Below, in pieces: positions 19,899 to 28,953 of a stretch of DNA of 53,438 bases. The position numbers and the translations under genes are program-made. The DNA is taken from the NCBI GenBank assembly GCA_035712665.1, contig DASTAN010000098.1, positions 1 to 53,438 on the forward strand, in the 5' to 3' direction. Below the pieces are notes generated by a model. It had not been told where the DNA came from. It was given only the letters and a program-made list of their open reading frames with translations, and did not search any database. This stretch comes from Gemmatimonadales bacterium. GTDB lineage: Bacteria > Gemmatimonadota > Gemmatimonadetes > Gemmatimonadales > GWC2-71-9. The number at the start of each line of letters is the position of its first letter. Within the stretch, counting starts at the first letter, position 1.

Positions 19899-21558
19899 TC
19901 TTCAGCTTCTGCCGCTCCTTCATGATCAGCCACTGCTGCGGGAGCGCCGCCAGGTTCTGCACCGCGTAGTACAGGTTCAGCCCTGACGCGAACTTCGAGA
20001 ACATCAACAGGAAGACCGCCGGCATCAGGTACATCATGATCTTCGTCTGCGGGTTCGGCGGCATTCCCATCTGCCCGATCTTGGTCATCAGGTACATCGA
20101 GCCCGCCATCAGCACCGGGATGATGTAGAGCGGATCGAAGCGCGCCAGGTCCGGCATCCACAGGAAGCCAACGCCGCGCAGCTCGATCGTGTTCGCCAGC
20201 ACGAAGAAGACCGCGATCAGGAACGGATACGGCAGCAGCATCGGCCAGCAGCCGCCGAGCGGATTGACGTTGTGCTCCTTGTAGAGCTTGAACATCTCCG
20301 TCTGCAGCTTCTGCGGATCCTGCTTGTAGCGCTCCTGCAGCCGCTGCAGCTCGGGCTGGATCGCCTGCATCGCCGTCATCGACCGCATCGCCTTCTGGTT
20401 GAGCGGCCAGAGCAGCAGGCGGATCAGCACGCCGAACGTCACGATCACCCAGCCGTAGGCGAGGCCGAGGGACTCGTGCATCCAGACGAAGACGGTGCGG
20501 ATGCCGACCGCGAACGGCCGGATGATGGTGCGGAAGCCCGGCCAGCCGTACGGGTTCACGTCGTCGAAATCGCGGCCCATCGCGGTGAGATGGTCGTACT
20601 CCATCGGCCCGAGATACAGCGTCGCCGCGAAGCCGCCGCTGGTCGGCACCGTGAGCGACGCCGAGACATCCGCCCGCGTCACCGTCTCGTTGGTGTCGCG
20701 CACCGCCGCGATGACGCTGCCGATCTGCCCCTTCGGCCCGTCGGTCCGGAGCGAGTCGTACGCGAAGACGCCCATCACGAAGTACTTGTTCTTGACCGCC
20801 GCCCACTCGAACGGACCGCCGAACACCTCGGTCGAATCGGGCTCGAGCTCGCCGAACCGGGTGAGCTCGCTCTTGTCCCGCTTCACCACCACGCCGCTTT
20901 CGCGGAGGTTCTCCGCAGCCACCGCCTCGGTCTGCCGGAAGCCGTCGCCCATCCCGAGCAGCAGCGTCGCCCCCGTCACCGGGAGGCCGCCGATGGTGCC
21001 CGCGACGTCGATGCGATAGTCGTGATGCTGGAAGGTGTAGCGCAGCGTCGCCGGCAGCCCGCGCACGGTGCCGGTGAGCGTGAGGGTCTTCGTCTCGCCC
21101 TCGCCCACGACCAGGTTCTCGGCGTCCGCCGTGAAGCCGGTCGCCGCGAAGTCGACCGTGTCGCCCGCGACGATGAGCCGGTTGTCGAGCAGCGGCGCCG
21201 CCGCCGGGACCAGCTCCAGCGTGTCGCGCCCCTCGCCCTCGGCGAGCGAGCGGTACTCGAGGAAGCGGGCCGAGACGATCCGGCCGCCGCGCGTCGAGAT
21301 CCCATAGGCGTAGATCGGCGAGCGCACCTCGATCGTGTCGTCGACGATCGCCGAGGCCGCGGGCAACGCCGCGGTCGTGTCGCCAGCCGCGAGCGCCGGG
21401 GCAGGGGCCGCGAGCGGCGGGGCAACCGCGGAGTCGGTCGCGGGCGCCGCGGCGGAATCGGCCACGGCTGGTGGGGCCGGCTTCTTGAGGAAGATGCTCG
21501 GCAGGAATGCGATCACCATGATCAGCGCAATCGCAAGCAACGGACGACGATCGTTCAC
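19891..21558 (-). CDS. yidC: Membrane protein insertase YidC
   Basis: 555 aa with a large periplasmic domain and the conserved C-terminal core (...NPLGGCWPMLLPYPFLIAVFF...YYAVQNL...). Located in the canonical rnpA-yidD-yidC context. Confidence 0.9.
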   Translation of the reverse strand: MNDRRPLLAIALIMVIAFLPSIFLKKPAPPAVADSAAAPATDSAVAPPLAAPAPALAAGDTTAALPAASAIVDDTIEVRSPIYAYGISTRGGRIVSARFLEYRSLAEGEGRDTLELVPAAAPLLDNRLIVAGDTVDFAATGFTADAENLVVGEGETKTLTLTGTVRGLPATLRYTFQHHDYRIDVAGTIGGLPVTGATLLLGMGDGFRQTEAVAAENLRESGVVVKRDKSELTRFGELEPDSTEVFGGPFEWAAVKNKYFVMGVFAYDSLRTDGPKGQIGSVIAAVRDTNETVTRADVSASLTVPTSGGFAATLYLGPMEYDHLTAMGRDFDDVNPYGWPGFRTIIRPFAVGIRTVFVWMHESLGLAYGWVIVTFGVLIRLLLWPLNQKAMRSMTAMQAIQPELQRLQERYKQDPQKLQTEMFKLYKEHNVNPLGGCWPMLLPYPFLIAVFFVLANTIELRGVGFLWMPDLARFDPLYIIPVLMAGSMYLMTKIGQMGMPPNPQTKIMMYLMPAVFLLMFSKFASGLNLYYAVQNLAALPQQWLIMKERQKLKKS

Positions 21559-21577
21559 GGCAGACTCACCGTTCGGG

Positions 21578-21814
21578 TCACGGAACCGGATCGGGACCGC
21601 CCGGATGCCAGGGGTGGCACCGCGCGATCCGACGAAGCCCCAACCAGCCGCCGCGCACCACCCCGTACCGGCTCACCGCCTCGAGGGTGTACTGCGAACA
21701 GCTCGGCGTGAACCGGCACGCCGGCGGCAGGGCGGGAGAAATGAAACGCTGGTAGCCCCGAATGACGAGGACCACCAGCTGACGGGGGAACCGGAGCACC
21801 CCCGAGACCTTCAC
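21578..21814 (-). CDS. yidD: Membrane protein insertion efficiency factor YidD
   Basis: ...[32 protein letters not shown]...[16 protein letters not shown] 21814 overlaps the rnpA stop (GTGA). Confidence 0.85.
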   Translation of the reverse strand: MKVSGVLRFPRQLVVLVIRGYQRFISPALPPACRFTPSCSQYTLEAVSRYGVVRGGWLGLRRIARCHPWHPGGPDPVP

Positions 21815-22170
21815 GGTGTCCCGGTCCCGAGGACCAGGTCGCGCCACCCCAGCAGGTCGTCGCGCAGCTCCGCGAACGAGGCCCGATAGCTCTCGGGACG
21901 GGCGCGGATCACCGCGTCGAGGGCCGGCAGCACCGCCTGGCACTCGCGGCGCCAGAGTTCCTTGAGCCGGCGGCGCAAACGATTGCGGGCCACCGCCGAC
22001 TGCCGGAACCGTGGTACGACCAGTCCGAGTCGAGGGTGGCCCATCTCGCCGACAGCCCACAGAATGTCGAGGTGCGACCGTCGCGACCGGCGCCCCGACT
22101 GGAGCACCCGTCGCACGTCAGCCGCGCGAACCAGCCGACGCGAGCGCGGGAAGCGCTCGTCGCCGGTCAC
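21811..22170 (-). CDS. rnpA: Ribonuclease P protein component
   Basis: ...[21 protein letters not shown]......[24 protein letters not shown] (RNR motif). GTG 22170 sits 2 nt after the rpmH stop. The longer track ORF is an over-extension. Confidence 0.8.
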   Translation of the reverse strand: MTGDERFPRSRRLVRAADVRRVLQSGRRSRRSHLDILWAVGEMGHPRLGLVVPRFRQSAVARNRLRRRLKELWRRECQAVLPALDAVIRARPESYRASFAELRDDLLGWRDLVLGTGTP

Positions 22171-22172
22171 GG

Positions 22173-22331
22173 TCAGACGCGGGCGTGCTTCGACGGCAGG
22201 GAGACCGCGAGCCGCTTCCGCCCCTTCTTGCGGCGGCGCGACAGGACGGCCCGACCCCAACGGTCGGCCATCCGCTTGCGGAACCCGTGCTTGGCGATGC
22301 GGCGCTTGTTGCGCGGCTTGTACGTCGGCAT
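22173..22331 (-). CDS. rpmH: 50S ribosomal protein L34
   Basis: Hand translation [52 protein letters not shown] (52 aa). Below the ORF-track size cutoff. Classic position upstream of rnpA. Confidence 0.9.
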   Translation of the reverse strand: MPTYKPRNKRRIAKHGFRKRMADRWGRAVLSRRRKKGRKRLAVSLPSKHARV

Positions 22332-22403
22332 CATATCCAGAAACTCCGTCCAAAGTAGCCCGGAAGAATACCTGCCTCACCCCCCAGACGTCAAGAGTTT
22401 GAC

Positions 22404-22412
22404 TTTTCCACA
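22404..22412. promoter_or_regulatory. DnaA-box-like 9-mer TTTTCCACA upstream of dnaA
   Basis: One mismatch to TTATCCACA. Weaker matches at 22332-22340 and 22456-22464. Confidence 0.35.
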
Positions 22413-22489
22413 ATGGACCGTACCTTTGGCCTCCCTTGCGACCACCGCAAGCCTTCTATCCGCACCATTCATCCGGTTCCGACACACTG

Positions 22490-23881
22490 ATGCCGCTGTC
22501 CGCCAAAGATCTCTGGAAGCGCGTGCTCGAGGGCGCCAAGGGCGCGATCCCCGAGCCGAACATCCAGACCTGGCTGGCTTCCAACGAGGCGATCTCGTGG
22601 GAGAACGGCGCGCTGCTCGTCAGCACCCCCGATGATTTCGCGAAGAAGTGGAACGAGGAGAAGTACGGGACGATCCTCACCGAGGTTGCCACGCGTGTCG
22701 CCGCCGAGCCGGTGACCGTGGCCTTCCAGGTGGCGGCCGAGCGCACCAAGCGGCCGCAGATGGATCTCTTCGTCCCGACCGCACCCGCGCAGCCCGCGCC
22801 GGCGCCGGCCACCCCGGTCAACCCGAGCACGCAGCCGCTCAACGACCGGTACACGTTCCAGCACTTCGTCATCGGCAAGTCGAACGAGCTCGCCGCCGCC
22901 GCCGCCCTTGCCGTGGCCGAAGCCCCCGGCAAGCAGTACAACCCGTTCTTCATCTACGGCCCGACGGGCCTCGGCAAGACCCACCTGATGCAGGCGATCG
23001 CGCACACCGTCTGTGCGCGGAACCCGGGGACCCGGGTCCTGTACGTGGGGGCCGAGCAGTTCATCAACGAGGTGATCGAGGGGATCCACGGGCGCACGAT
23101 GCCCGACCTGCGCCGTCGCTACCGCACCGACGTCGACCTCTTCCTGGTCGACGACGTGCACTTCCTCGAGGGGAAGGAAGCGACGCAGGAGGAGTTCTTC
23201 CACACCTTCAATGCGCTCTACGAGGCGGGGAAGCAGATCGTCCTCACCTCGGACCGGCTCCCGAAGGAGATCCCCGGCCTCGAGGCGCGCCTCGTCTCCC
23301 GCTTCGAGTGGGGGATGGTCGCCGACGTGAAGTCGCCCGACCTCGAGCACCGGATCGCGATCCTCCGGAAGAAGCAGGAGCAGGACCACCTCGAGACGAC
23401 GATCCCCGACGACGTCCTCCGCTTCATCGCCGAGAACGTCCGGTCGAACGTCCGCGAGCTCGAGGGGTGCATCATCAAGCTCCTCCTCTTCGCGTCGCTC
23501 AAGCACCGGGAGATCTCGATCGACCTCGCCCGCGAGGCGCTGGCTGACAAGATGCGCCCCGCCGACGACGGCGACGCGCACCCCAAGGCGCTGCCGACGA
23601 TCGAGAAGGTGCAGGAGGTCGTCGCCCGGCGCTGGGGCGTGACGCCGGAGGGGCTCCGCTCCAAGGCGCGCATCAAGACGCTGACCGTGCCGCGGCAGAT
23701 CGCGATGTTCCTCGCGCGCGAGCTGCTCCAGATGCAGCTCGTGGAGATCGGCCAGGCGTTCGGCGGGCGCGACCATTCCACGGTGATCCACAGCGTGGAC
23801 AAGGTGCAGAACCAGCTGTCGCGCGATCGGCAGTTCCGCGACCGTGTGGACAGCGCGCGGGCCGAGTTGCTCACGACCTGA
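22490..23881 (+). CDS. dnaA: Chromosomal replication initiator protein DnaA
   Basis: Walker A GPTGLGKTHL, ...LLVDDVHFL..., a sensor/box VII region, and the C-terminal DNA-binding ...GGRDHSTVIHSVDKV. Start re-set to ATG 22490. Confidence 0.95.
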   Translation: MPLSAKDLWKRVLEGAKGAIPEPNIQTWLASNEAISWENGALLVSTPDDFAKKWNEEKYGTILTEVATRVAAEPVTVAFQVAAERTKRPQMDLFVPTAPAQPAPAPATPVNPSTQPLNDRYTFQHFVIGKSNELAAAAALAVAEAPGKQYNPFFIYGPTGLGKTHLMQAIAHTVCARNPGTRVLYVGAEQFINEVIEGIHGRTMPDLRRRYRTDVDLFLVDDVHFLEGKEATQEEFFHTFNALYEAGKQIVLTSDRLPKEIPGLEARLVSRFEWGMVADVKSPDLEHRIAILRKKQEQDHLETTIPDDVLRFIAENVRSNVRELEGCIIKLLLFASLKHREISIDLAREALADKMRPADDGDAHPKALPTIEKVQEVVARRWGVTPEGLRSKARIKTLTVPRQIAMFLARELLQMQLVEIGQAFGGRDHSTVIHSVDKVQNQLSRDRQFRDRVDSARAELLTT

Positions 23882-24110
23882 TCCACACTGTGGATCGCGG
23901 CGTGTGGGGATGGCGGGACAATCTGGGAAGTCGGGGAAAAGCCGGGGCATCATCCCCATCGCGCACAGACGGTACACAGGTGCGTTGACGCGCAGATGAT
24001 GCTCCGGACGAGAGTTGCGGATCTGGTCCACATTTCCCGACCCTCTACTGCTACTACTACTATCTTTTAAACACTCTGTTCGTAGAACTACTGGCACTCC
24101 GGGGTCATCG
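23879..24110. other. Candidate oriC (dnaA-dnaN intergenic): inverted DnaA-box pair plus an AT-rich segment
   Basis: TGATCCACA (23879-23887) abuts CTGTGGATC (23888-23896), forming a 17-bp palindrome. Further box-like TCATCCCCA (23950-23958) and TGGTCCACA (24024-24032). The tract at 24045-24092 is roughly one-third G+C by hand count in a much GC-richer genome. Confidence 0.5.
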
Positions 24111-25220
24111 ATGAAGTTCACCATCACGCGCGAGCAGCTGAAGGAAGGGCTCGACGCCGTCGCCGCTGCGGTGCAGGCCAAGACGACGCTGCCGGTCCTC
24201 GCGAACATCCTGCTCGAGGCGACGCGCGACGGGCTGCGGCTCTCGGGCACCGACCTCGACATCGCGGTGAGCACGGTGGTCCCCGCCTCGGTCGACCAGG
24301 AGGGTGCCATCACCCTGCCGGCGCGGAAGCTCGTGGAGCTGGTGCGCGAGCTCCCCTCCGCGGGGATCCGCATCACGACCCAGGGCGAGCAGCGCGTGAT
24401 CATCGAGTGCGGTCGCTCGAAGTTCAAGCTCCTCGGCCTCCCGCGCGAGGAGTTCCCGGCGTTCCCGCAGGTCACCTTCACCGCCGCCTCGCGGACCACC
24501 GCGCGCGACCTCCAGAAGCTCGTGGCGCACGTCGCGTTCGCCGCGAGCACCGAGGAGTCGCGTCCGATCCTCAACGGCGTCCTGTGGCAGCTCACGGCCG
24601 ACCGGATGCGGATGGTGGCGACCAACGGGCATCGCCTGGCGAAGATGGAGGTCCCGGTCCAGGGCGGGGCTGAGCCGGCCGAGCTGATCGTGCCGCCGAA
24701 GGCGCTCGAGCAGATCCGGAAGCTCTTCGGCCCGGACGACGAGCTCGAGATCGGCCGTTCCGAGAACCACCTCGGCTTCCGCTCCGCGACGACCCAGGTC
24801 TTCACCCGCCTGATCGAGGGTCCGTACCCGAACTACGAGCAGGTCATCCCGCGCGAGAACGACAAGCTCGCGACCGCGGAGAAGGCGGCACTGATGGCGG
24901 CCCTCCGCCGCATGAGCATCGTCGCCTCGGACCAGACCCACCGGATCCGGATGTCGTTCGGCGACGGCTCGTGCAAGCTCTCGGTGACGACCCCGGACCT
25001 CGGCGAGGCGCAGGAAGAAATCACCGTCACCTACGAGGGCGAGCCGCTCGACATCGGCTTCAACGCCAACTACCTCCTCGAGGTGCTGAAGTACATCCCG
25101 ACCGAAGAGGTGCGGATGACCTTCAAGGCCCCCGAGCGCGCCGCGACGGTGGAGCCGGTGGGCTGGGACGATCCGTCGAGCTATCTCACGCTGGTGATGC
25201 CGTTGCGGTTGATTGACTGA
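24111..25220 (+). CDS. dnaN: DNA polymerase III beta sliding clamp
   Basis: MKFTITREQLKEGL....V..KTTLPVLANILLEA... About 369 aa, directly downstream of dnaA. Confidence 0.95.
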   Translation: MKFTITREQLKEGLDAVAAAVQAKTTLPVLANILLEATRDGLRLSGTDLDIAVSTVVPASVDQEGAITLPARKLVELVRELPSAGIRITTQGEQRVIIECGRSKFKLLGLPREEFPAFPQVTFTAASRTTARDLQKLVAHVAFAASTEESRPILNGVLWQLTADRMRMVATNGHRLAKMEVPVQGGAEPAELIVPPKALEQIRKLFGPDDELEIGRSENHLGFRSATTQVFTRLIEGPYPNYEQVIPRENDKLATAEKAALMAALRRMSIVASDQTHRIRMSFGDGSCKLSVTTPDLGEAQEEITVTYEGEPLDIGFNANYLLEVLKYIPTEEVRMTFKAPERAATVEPVGWDDPSSYLTLVMPLRLID

Positions 25221-25275
25221 GGGGCCATGGGCCTCGCGCCTTGGGCCTTGAGGGTTCACCCCCAAGGCTCATGGC
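25221..25275. repeat. Heptamer-periodic imperfect palindrome (GRGCCTT units)
   Basis: GGGGCCATGGGCCTCGCGCCTTGGGCCTTGAGGG-TTCAC-CCCCAAGGCTCATGGC. Same unit type as at 44590-44662. Confidence 0.7.
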
Positions 25276-25291
25276 ACGTCGCCTTGCATCG

Positions 25292-25322
25292 AGGCGCGGG
25301 GGCCAGATCCCCGCGCCTTTTT
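25292..25322 (+). terminator. Rho-independent terminator downstream of dnaN
   Basis: AGGCGCGGGG (25292-25301), a 7-nt loop, CCCCGCGCCT (25309-25318), followed by a TTTTT run. Confidence 0.7.
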
Positions 25323-25385
25323 CGTGTCCGGTAACCAATCGCCTCGGCCACGCGTATCTTGCCCGGACCCCCCGCCGTTCGCCGC

Positions 25386-25420
25386 TCCGATCTCGGATCT
25401 CCGATCTCCGATCTCCTCTC
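25386..25420. repeat. GATCGGA-type element, single (right-arm) half copy E10
   Basis: TCCGATC TCGGATC TCCGATC TCCGATC TCCTCTC. I see no matching left arm nearby. Confidence 0.8.
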
Positions 25421-25431
25421 GCGAGTCTTCC

Positions 25432-27141
25432 ATGCGCACTGCCCTCGTTGCCTCCTTGCTGCTGATTCCCGCCATTGCACCGGCCCAGTCATTCTGGCCC
25501 GACGAAGGGCCGCGCACCTGGAAGCCGCGTCCGACCGTCGCCGCGATCAGCGCCAACGACCTCCGCACTCGGCTCTACCAGCTGGCCGATGACTCGATGA
25601 TGGGTCGCGAGGCGGGGACCAGGGGCGGCGTGATGGCGACCGACTACATCGCGGCCGAGTTCAAGCGGCTCGGGCTCGTCCCGGCGGGCGAGAACGGGAG
25701 CTACTTCCAGGAGATCGGCTACGGCCGACTCCAGTACGACAGCACCACGGTGCGCTTCGTGGCGAACGGGACGGCGCTGCAACCGGGCCGCGACTGGATG
25801 CCGGCCCCGCCGAGCGCGGCGTCGATGCTGGTGGGCCGGGCCTCGTTCGCCAACGCCCCGGTCGTCTTCGGCGGCACCTTCGGCGATTCGACCGCGAAGG
25901 CGACCCTCGGCGATGTCCGGGGCAAGGTCGTCGTGGTCACCGCACCGCGCACCGTGCAGGAGCGCCTCCCGAGCGGGCAAACCCGGACGATGAACGCCCC
26001 CGGCGACTACACCTGGATGCAGCAGGCCGGCGTGGCCGCCCTCATCCAGGTCGGGGCGCCGAATCCGGTGGTGTTCCGGGCCCGCACCGGCCTGATGCCG
26101 ACCGTGAAGGCCGGGGCGCCGGCCGCCGTCCTGAGTGCCGCGGCCGCCAGCGGCCTCTTCGGTGGTCAGGCGCTGGACCAGCTCGCGGTCGGCACGACGG
26201 GATCACCTATTAGTGGTGAGTGGAACTACCAGATCCAGCCGCTGGAATACCCCACCCGCAACGTCCTCGCCGTCCTGCCGGGGAGCGATCCGGCCCTCAA
26301 GGGGCAGTACGTCATCATCGGGGCGCACAACGACCACGTCGGGATGGTCCGCGGCGACGTCGCCCCCGACCACGACTCGCTCCGGGCATTCAACACGGTG
26401 CTCCGGCCCCAGGGAGCCAACGACCGTGTCGCCCTTGATGCCGTCACCCCGGCGCAGTGGGCGAAGATCAACGACCTGATCGCCAAGGCCCGGAAGGTTC
26501 GCCCCGCCCGTCGTGACACCGTCAACAACGGCGCCGATGACGACGGCTCGGGGACCGCGGTGCTGCTCGAGATCGCCGAGGCGCTGGCGAAGGGGCCGCG
26601 GCCGAAGCGGTCGATTCTCTTCAACTCGCACGCGGCGGAAGAGAAGGGGCTCCTCGGCTCGAGCTGGTTCGTCGACAACCCGACAATCCCGCTCGACTCG
26701 GTCGTCGCGGCGCACAACATGGACATGCTCGGCAAGGGCCGCGTCACCGACGTGAAGTTCGGCGGGCCGAATGCCGTGCAGATGCTGGGGAGCCGGCGCC
26801 TGTCCGCCGAATTCGGCGACGTGATCGACTCGCTCAACGCGGTGCGCAGCGAGCCGATGGTGATCGACTACTCGTGGGATCGCACCAACGCGCTCAACCG
26901 GTTCTGCCGCTCGGACCAGGTCAGCTACATCCGGAAGAACATCCCGACGACCTACTTCTCGCTCGGCTACTCGCGCGACTATCACCAGCCGACCGACGAG
27001 CCGCAGTACATCAACTACGACCAGTCAGCCCGCGTCGGGCGCTTCGTCCACGAGATCGTCTCGGCCGTGGCGAACCGGCCGACCCGCCTCGCGATCCTCC
27101 CGCCGGAGCAGCAGGACCGGTCGGCGAGGTGTGGGGGCTGA
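25432..27141 (+). CDS. M28 family zinc aminopeptidase, secreted
   Basis: Signal peptide MRTALVASLLLIPAIAPAQS, ...IIGAHNDHVG..., NNGADDDGSGTAVLLEIA, ...HAAEEKGLLGS... Start re-set to ATG 25432 because the track N-terminus reads through the repeat. Confidence 0.85.
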   Translation: MRTALVASLLLIPAIAPAQSFWPDEGPRTWKPRPTVAAISANDLRTRLYQLADDSMMGREAGTRGGVMATDYIAAEFKRLGLVPAGENGSYFQEIGYGRLQYDSTTVRFVANGTALQPGRDWMPAPPSAASMLVGRASFANAPVVFGGTFGDSTAKATLGDVRGKVVVVTAPRTVQERLPSGQTRTMNAPGDYTWMQQAGVAALIQVGAPNPVVFRARTGLMPTVKAGAPAAVLSAAAASGLFGGQALDQLAVGTTGSPISGEWNYQIQPLEYPTRNVLAVLPGSDPALKGQYVIIGAHNDHVGMVRGDVAPDHDSLRAFNTVLRPQGANDRVALDAVTPAQWAKINDLIAKARKVRPARRDTVNNGADDDGSGTAVLLEIAEALAKGPRPKRSILFNSHAAEEKGLLGSSWFVDNPTIPLDSVVAAHNMDMLGKGRVTDVKFGGPNAVQMLGSRRLSAEFGDVIDSLNAVRSEPMVIDYSWDRTNALNRFCRSDQVSYIRKNIPTTYFSLGYSRDYHQPTDEPQYINYDQSARVGRFVHEIVSAVANRPTRLAILPPEQQDRSARCGG

Positions 27142-27148
27142 CCAACTC

Positions 27149-27217
27149 GAGATGAGTGATCGGAGATCGGAGATCGGAGGCGCGCCCTCCGATCTCTGAT
27201 CGCTGATCTCAGGTCTC
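27149..27217. repeat. GATCGGA-type palindromic element, copy E2
   Basis: GAGATGAGTGATCGGAGATCGGAGATCGGAGG-CGCGC-CCTCCGATCTCTGATCGCTGATCTCAGGTCTC. Hand pairing gives 24 Watson-Crick pairs, 3 G-T pairs and 5 mismatches over 32 positions. Confidence 0.9.
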
Positions 27218-27225
27218 CGCCCTGG

Positions 27226-27993
27226 TCACATCCGGCCCAGGATGAGATTCCTTCGCCACGCCATCCGACCCGGCTTGTAGTTGGGGTTACTACTCCTTGG
27301 GTGTGGCAGGGTGCCTGCGAGTGACGCCGCCTGGAAGTTCGTCAGCCGCGCCGCCGAGCGCCCGAAATACGCCCGGCTCGCCGCCTCCACCCCCCAGATC
27401 TCGTCCCCCAGCTCCGCCGTGTTCAGGTAGAGCTCCAGGATTCGCGCCTTCGGCAGCGCGATCTCGAGCCGCACCGTCGTCACCGCCTCCTTCACCTTGC
27501 GGAGCGGGTTCCGGCTCGGCGAGAGGTAGAGGTTCTTCGCCAGCTGCTGGGTGATGGTGCTCGCACCGCGGACATCGGACCAGTCGGTCCGCCTGATCCC
27601 CCGCCAGAGGTCGCGCCGGTCCCGGGCACTCGCCAGGTCGAACGAATCCCGCCGATACCCCAGCGCCTTCCGGAACTCGATCCAGTCGAAGCCGCCGTGC
27701 TCGTAGAAGCGATGGTCCTCGGCGACCAGCACCGCCCGCTGCATCGACCGCGAGATCTTCGTTAGTGGTACTGGGTCATACTTCCGCTTCTCGGCGCGCG
27801 CCGGATCCTGATCCCGGCGCATGGCCATGAAGGCGGTCTCTCTCGGGAAGTAGAACCGATACCAGAGCGGCGGCGGCCACACGGCGAAGAGGTAGAAGAC
27901 GAAGAGACACACCGCTGTCGCGGTGCTGCGCGAGAACCACCACCACCGCGAGCGGTTGCGGAAGTACCGCCACCTGGAGCCGGAAGATGCCAT
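27226..27993 (-). CDS. mtgA: Monofunctional biosynthetic peptidoglycan transglycosylase (GT51)
   Basis: N-terminal TM, ...LVAEDHRFYEHGGFDW..., ...GASTITQQLAKNLYLSP..., ...KARILELYLN. Confidence 0.85.
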   Translation of the reverse strand: MASSGSRWRYFRNRSRWWWFSRSTATAVCLFVFYLFAVWPPPLWYRFYFPRETAFMAMRRDQDPARAEKRKYDPVPLTKISRSMQRAVLVAEDHRFYEHGGFDWIEFRKALGYRRDSFDLASARDRRDLWRGIRRTDWSDVRGASTITQQLAKNLYLSPSRNPLRKVKEAVTTVRLEIALPKARILELYLNTAELGDEIWGVEAASRAYFGRSAARLTNFQAASLAGTLPHPRSSNPNYKPGRMAWRRNLILGRM

Positions 27994-27998
27994 GCGGC

Positions 27999-28832
27999 CT
28001 ACGGCTCGGTCGTCGGGGCCAGCGCGCGCAGCTCGACCCGCACGATCTGCGTCGTCGGGATCGTCTGCCGTCCGGCCGGGATGGTGATGAACTTCGCGAT
28101 CGAATCGCGGTGCACCACCTGATCGACTCGGCCGAGCATCGTAACGTAGTATGATGAGCTACGAACGCCTTGGGCCGTCATCGTCATCTCCCGGCCGCCC
28201 TGCGACCCCTTGCCGACCTGCTCGAACTGGGCCCTGAGGGTGATTGGCAGGATCGTCAGCCCGTCCCGCGTGGTGCGGGTGCCGGCGGTCCAGCGCGAGG
28301 TGCGGCGGTCGGTGGCGGTGAACGCCTCGACGGGGCGGGTGGTCTCGGTGGTGTCGGCCCAGCGGGCCTCGGGCAGGATGCCGCCGCGCGGCGTGCTCGG
28401 GAAGAGCGAGCGGACCGCCTCACCGAGGGTCCCGAGGAAGGCATCGCTGCGCGAGGCACGGAGCGGGCCGAGCCCCTGTCGGCTGAGGGTTCCGGTCCAG
28501 GTCGCGCCCACGAGATCCTGCATCCCGGTGGCCGAGACCGGGGTGACGCGCAGCGAGTCGAGCCGGATCGTGACCTTCGCGTCCTGGCCGACCCAGATGG
28601 TGAAGCGCGCCGCCTGCCCGAGCACTTGGCGCTGCACCGCCCCGGTCGGGAGGGTGATGGCGATCGAATCGGTGCGGCGCAGCGTGTAGCTCCCCGTCCA
28701 GCCGGTGGCGAGGCCGATCGCGCCCGGCGTCTTGGCGGGCTCCGGTGCCGGACGCGGCTCGGGGGCCGCGCGCCCGCGGGCGCAGGCACCGAGGCCGAGG
28801 AGCATCGTGGCAAGACAGCGGGTCGCGCGCAT
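27999..28832 (-). CDS. Hypothetical lipoprotein; paralog of the gene at 28954-29721
   Basis: Lipobox-like MRATRCLATMLLGLGAC. It shares ...W.DTT...W T...G..QGG..M.M...G... spacing with its neighbour. Start re-set to ATG 28832. Confidence 0.55.
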   Translation of the reverse strand: MRATRCLATMLLGLGACARGRAAPEPRPAPEPAKTPGAIGLATGWTGSYTLRRTDSIAITLPTGAVQRQVLGQAARFTIWVGQDAKVTIRLDSLRVTPVSATGMQDLVGATWTGTLSRQGLGPLRASRSDAFLGTLGEAVRSLFPSTPRGGILPEARWADTTETTRPVEAFTATDRRTSRWTAGTRTTRDGLTILPITLRAQFEQVGKGSQGGREMTMTAQGVRSSSYYVTMLGRVDQVVHRDSIAKFITIPAGRQTIPTTQIVRVELRALAPTTEP

Positions 28833-28953
28833 CGTCGCAGGATCTCCGGGAGGGGCGGCGGGGAAGGTGGCACCGATCGCGTCGCCCCGCAACGCACGAC
28901 GCCCGCCGCGCGTCACGAGGACGGGCGGCGGGCGTGGCACGGACCGCAGCGGA

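Noticed and set aside
23784-23792. DnaA-box-like TGATCCACA inside the dnaA coding region
   Set aside because: It encodes the conserved VIHS motif of the DnaA DNA-binding domain, so its presence is explained by protein constraint. I do not count it as origin evidence.
22469-24805. 778-aa ORF antisense to dnaA and dnaN
   Set aside because: It is antisense to two of the most conserved genes in bacteria and shows no motifs. This is a GC artefact.
25324-25431. N-terminal extensions in the ORF track that read through repeat elements (also 12292-12372, 43141-43269, 30222-30272, 44956-45051, 18814-18921)
   Set aside because: The extensions translate the heptamer repeats ([22 protein letters not shown], and similar) or precede an obvious signal peptide or conserved N-terminus that begins at an internal ATG with a better ribosome-binding context. 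Starts were re-set accordingly.
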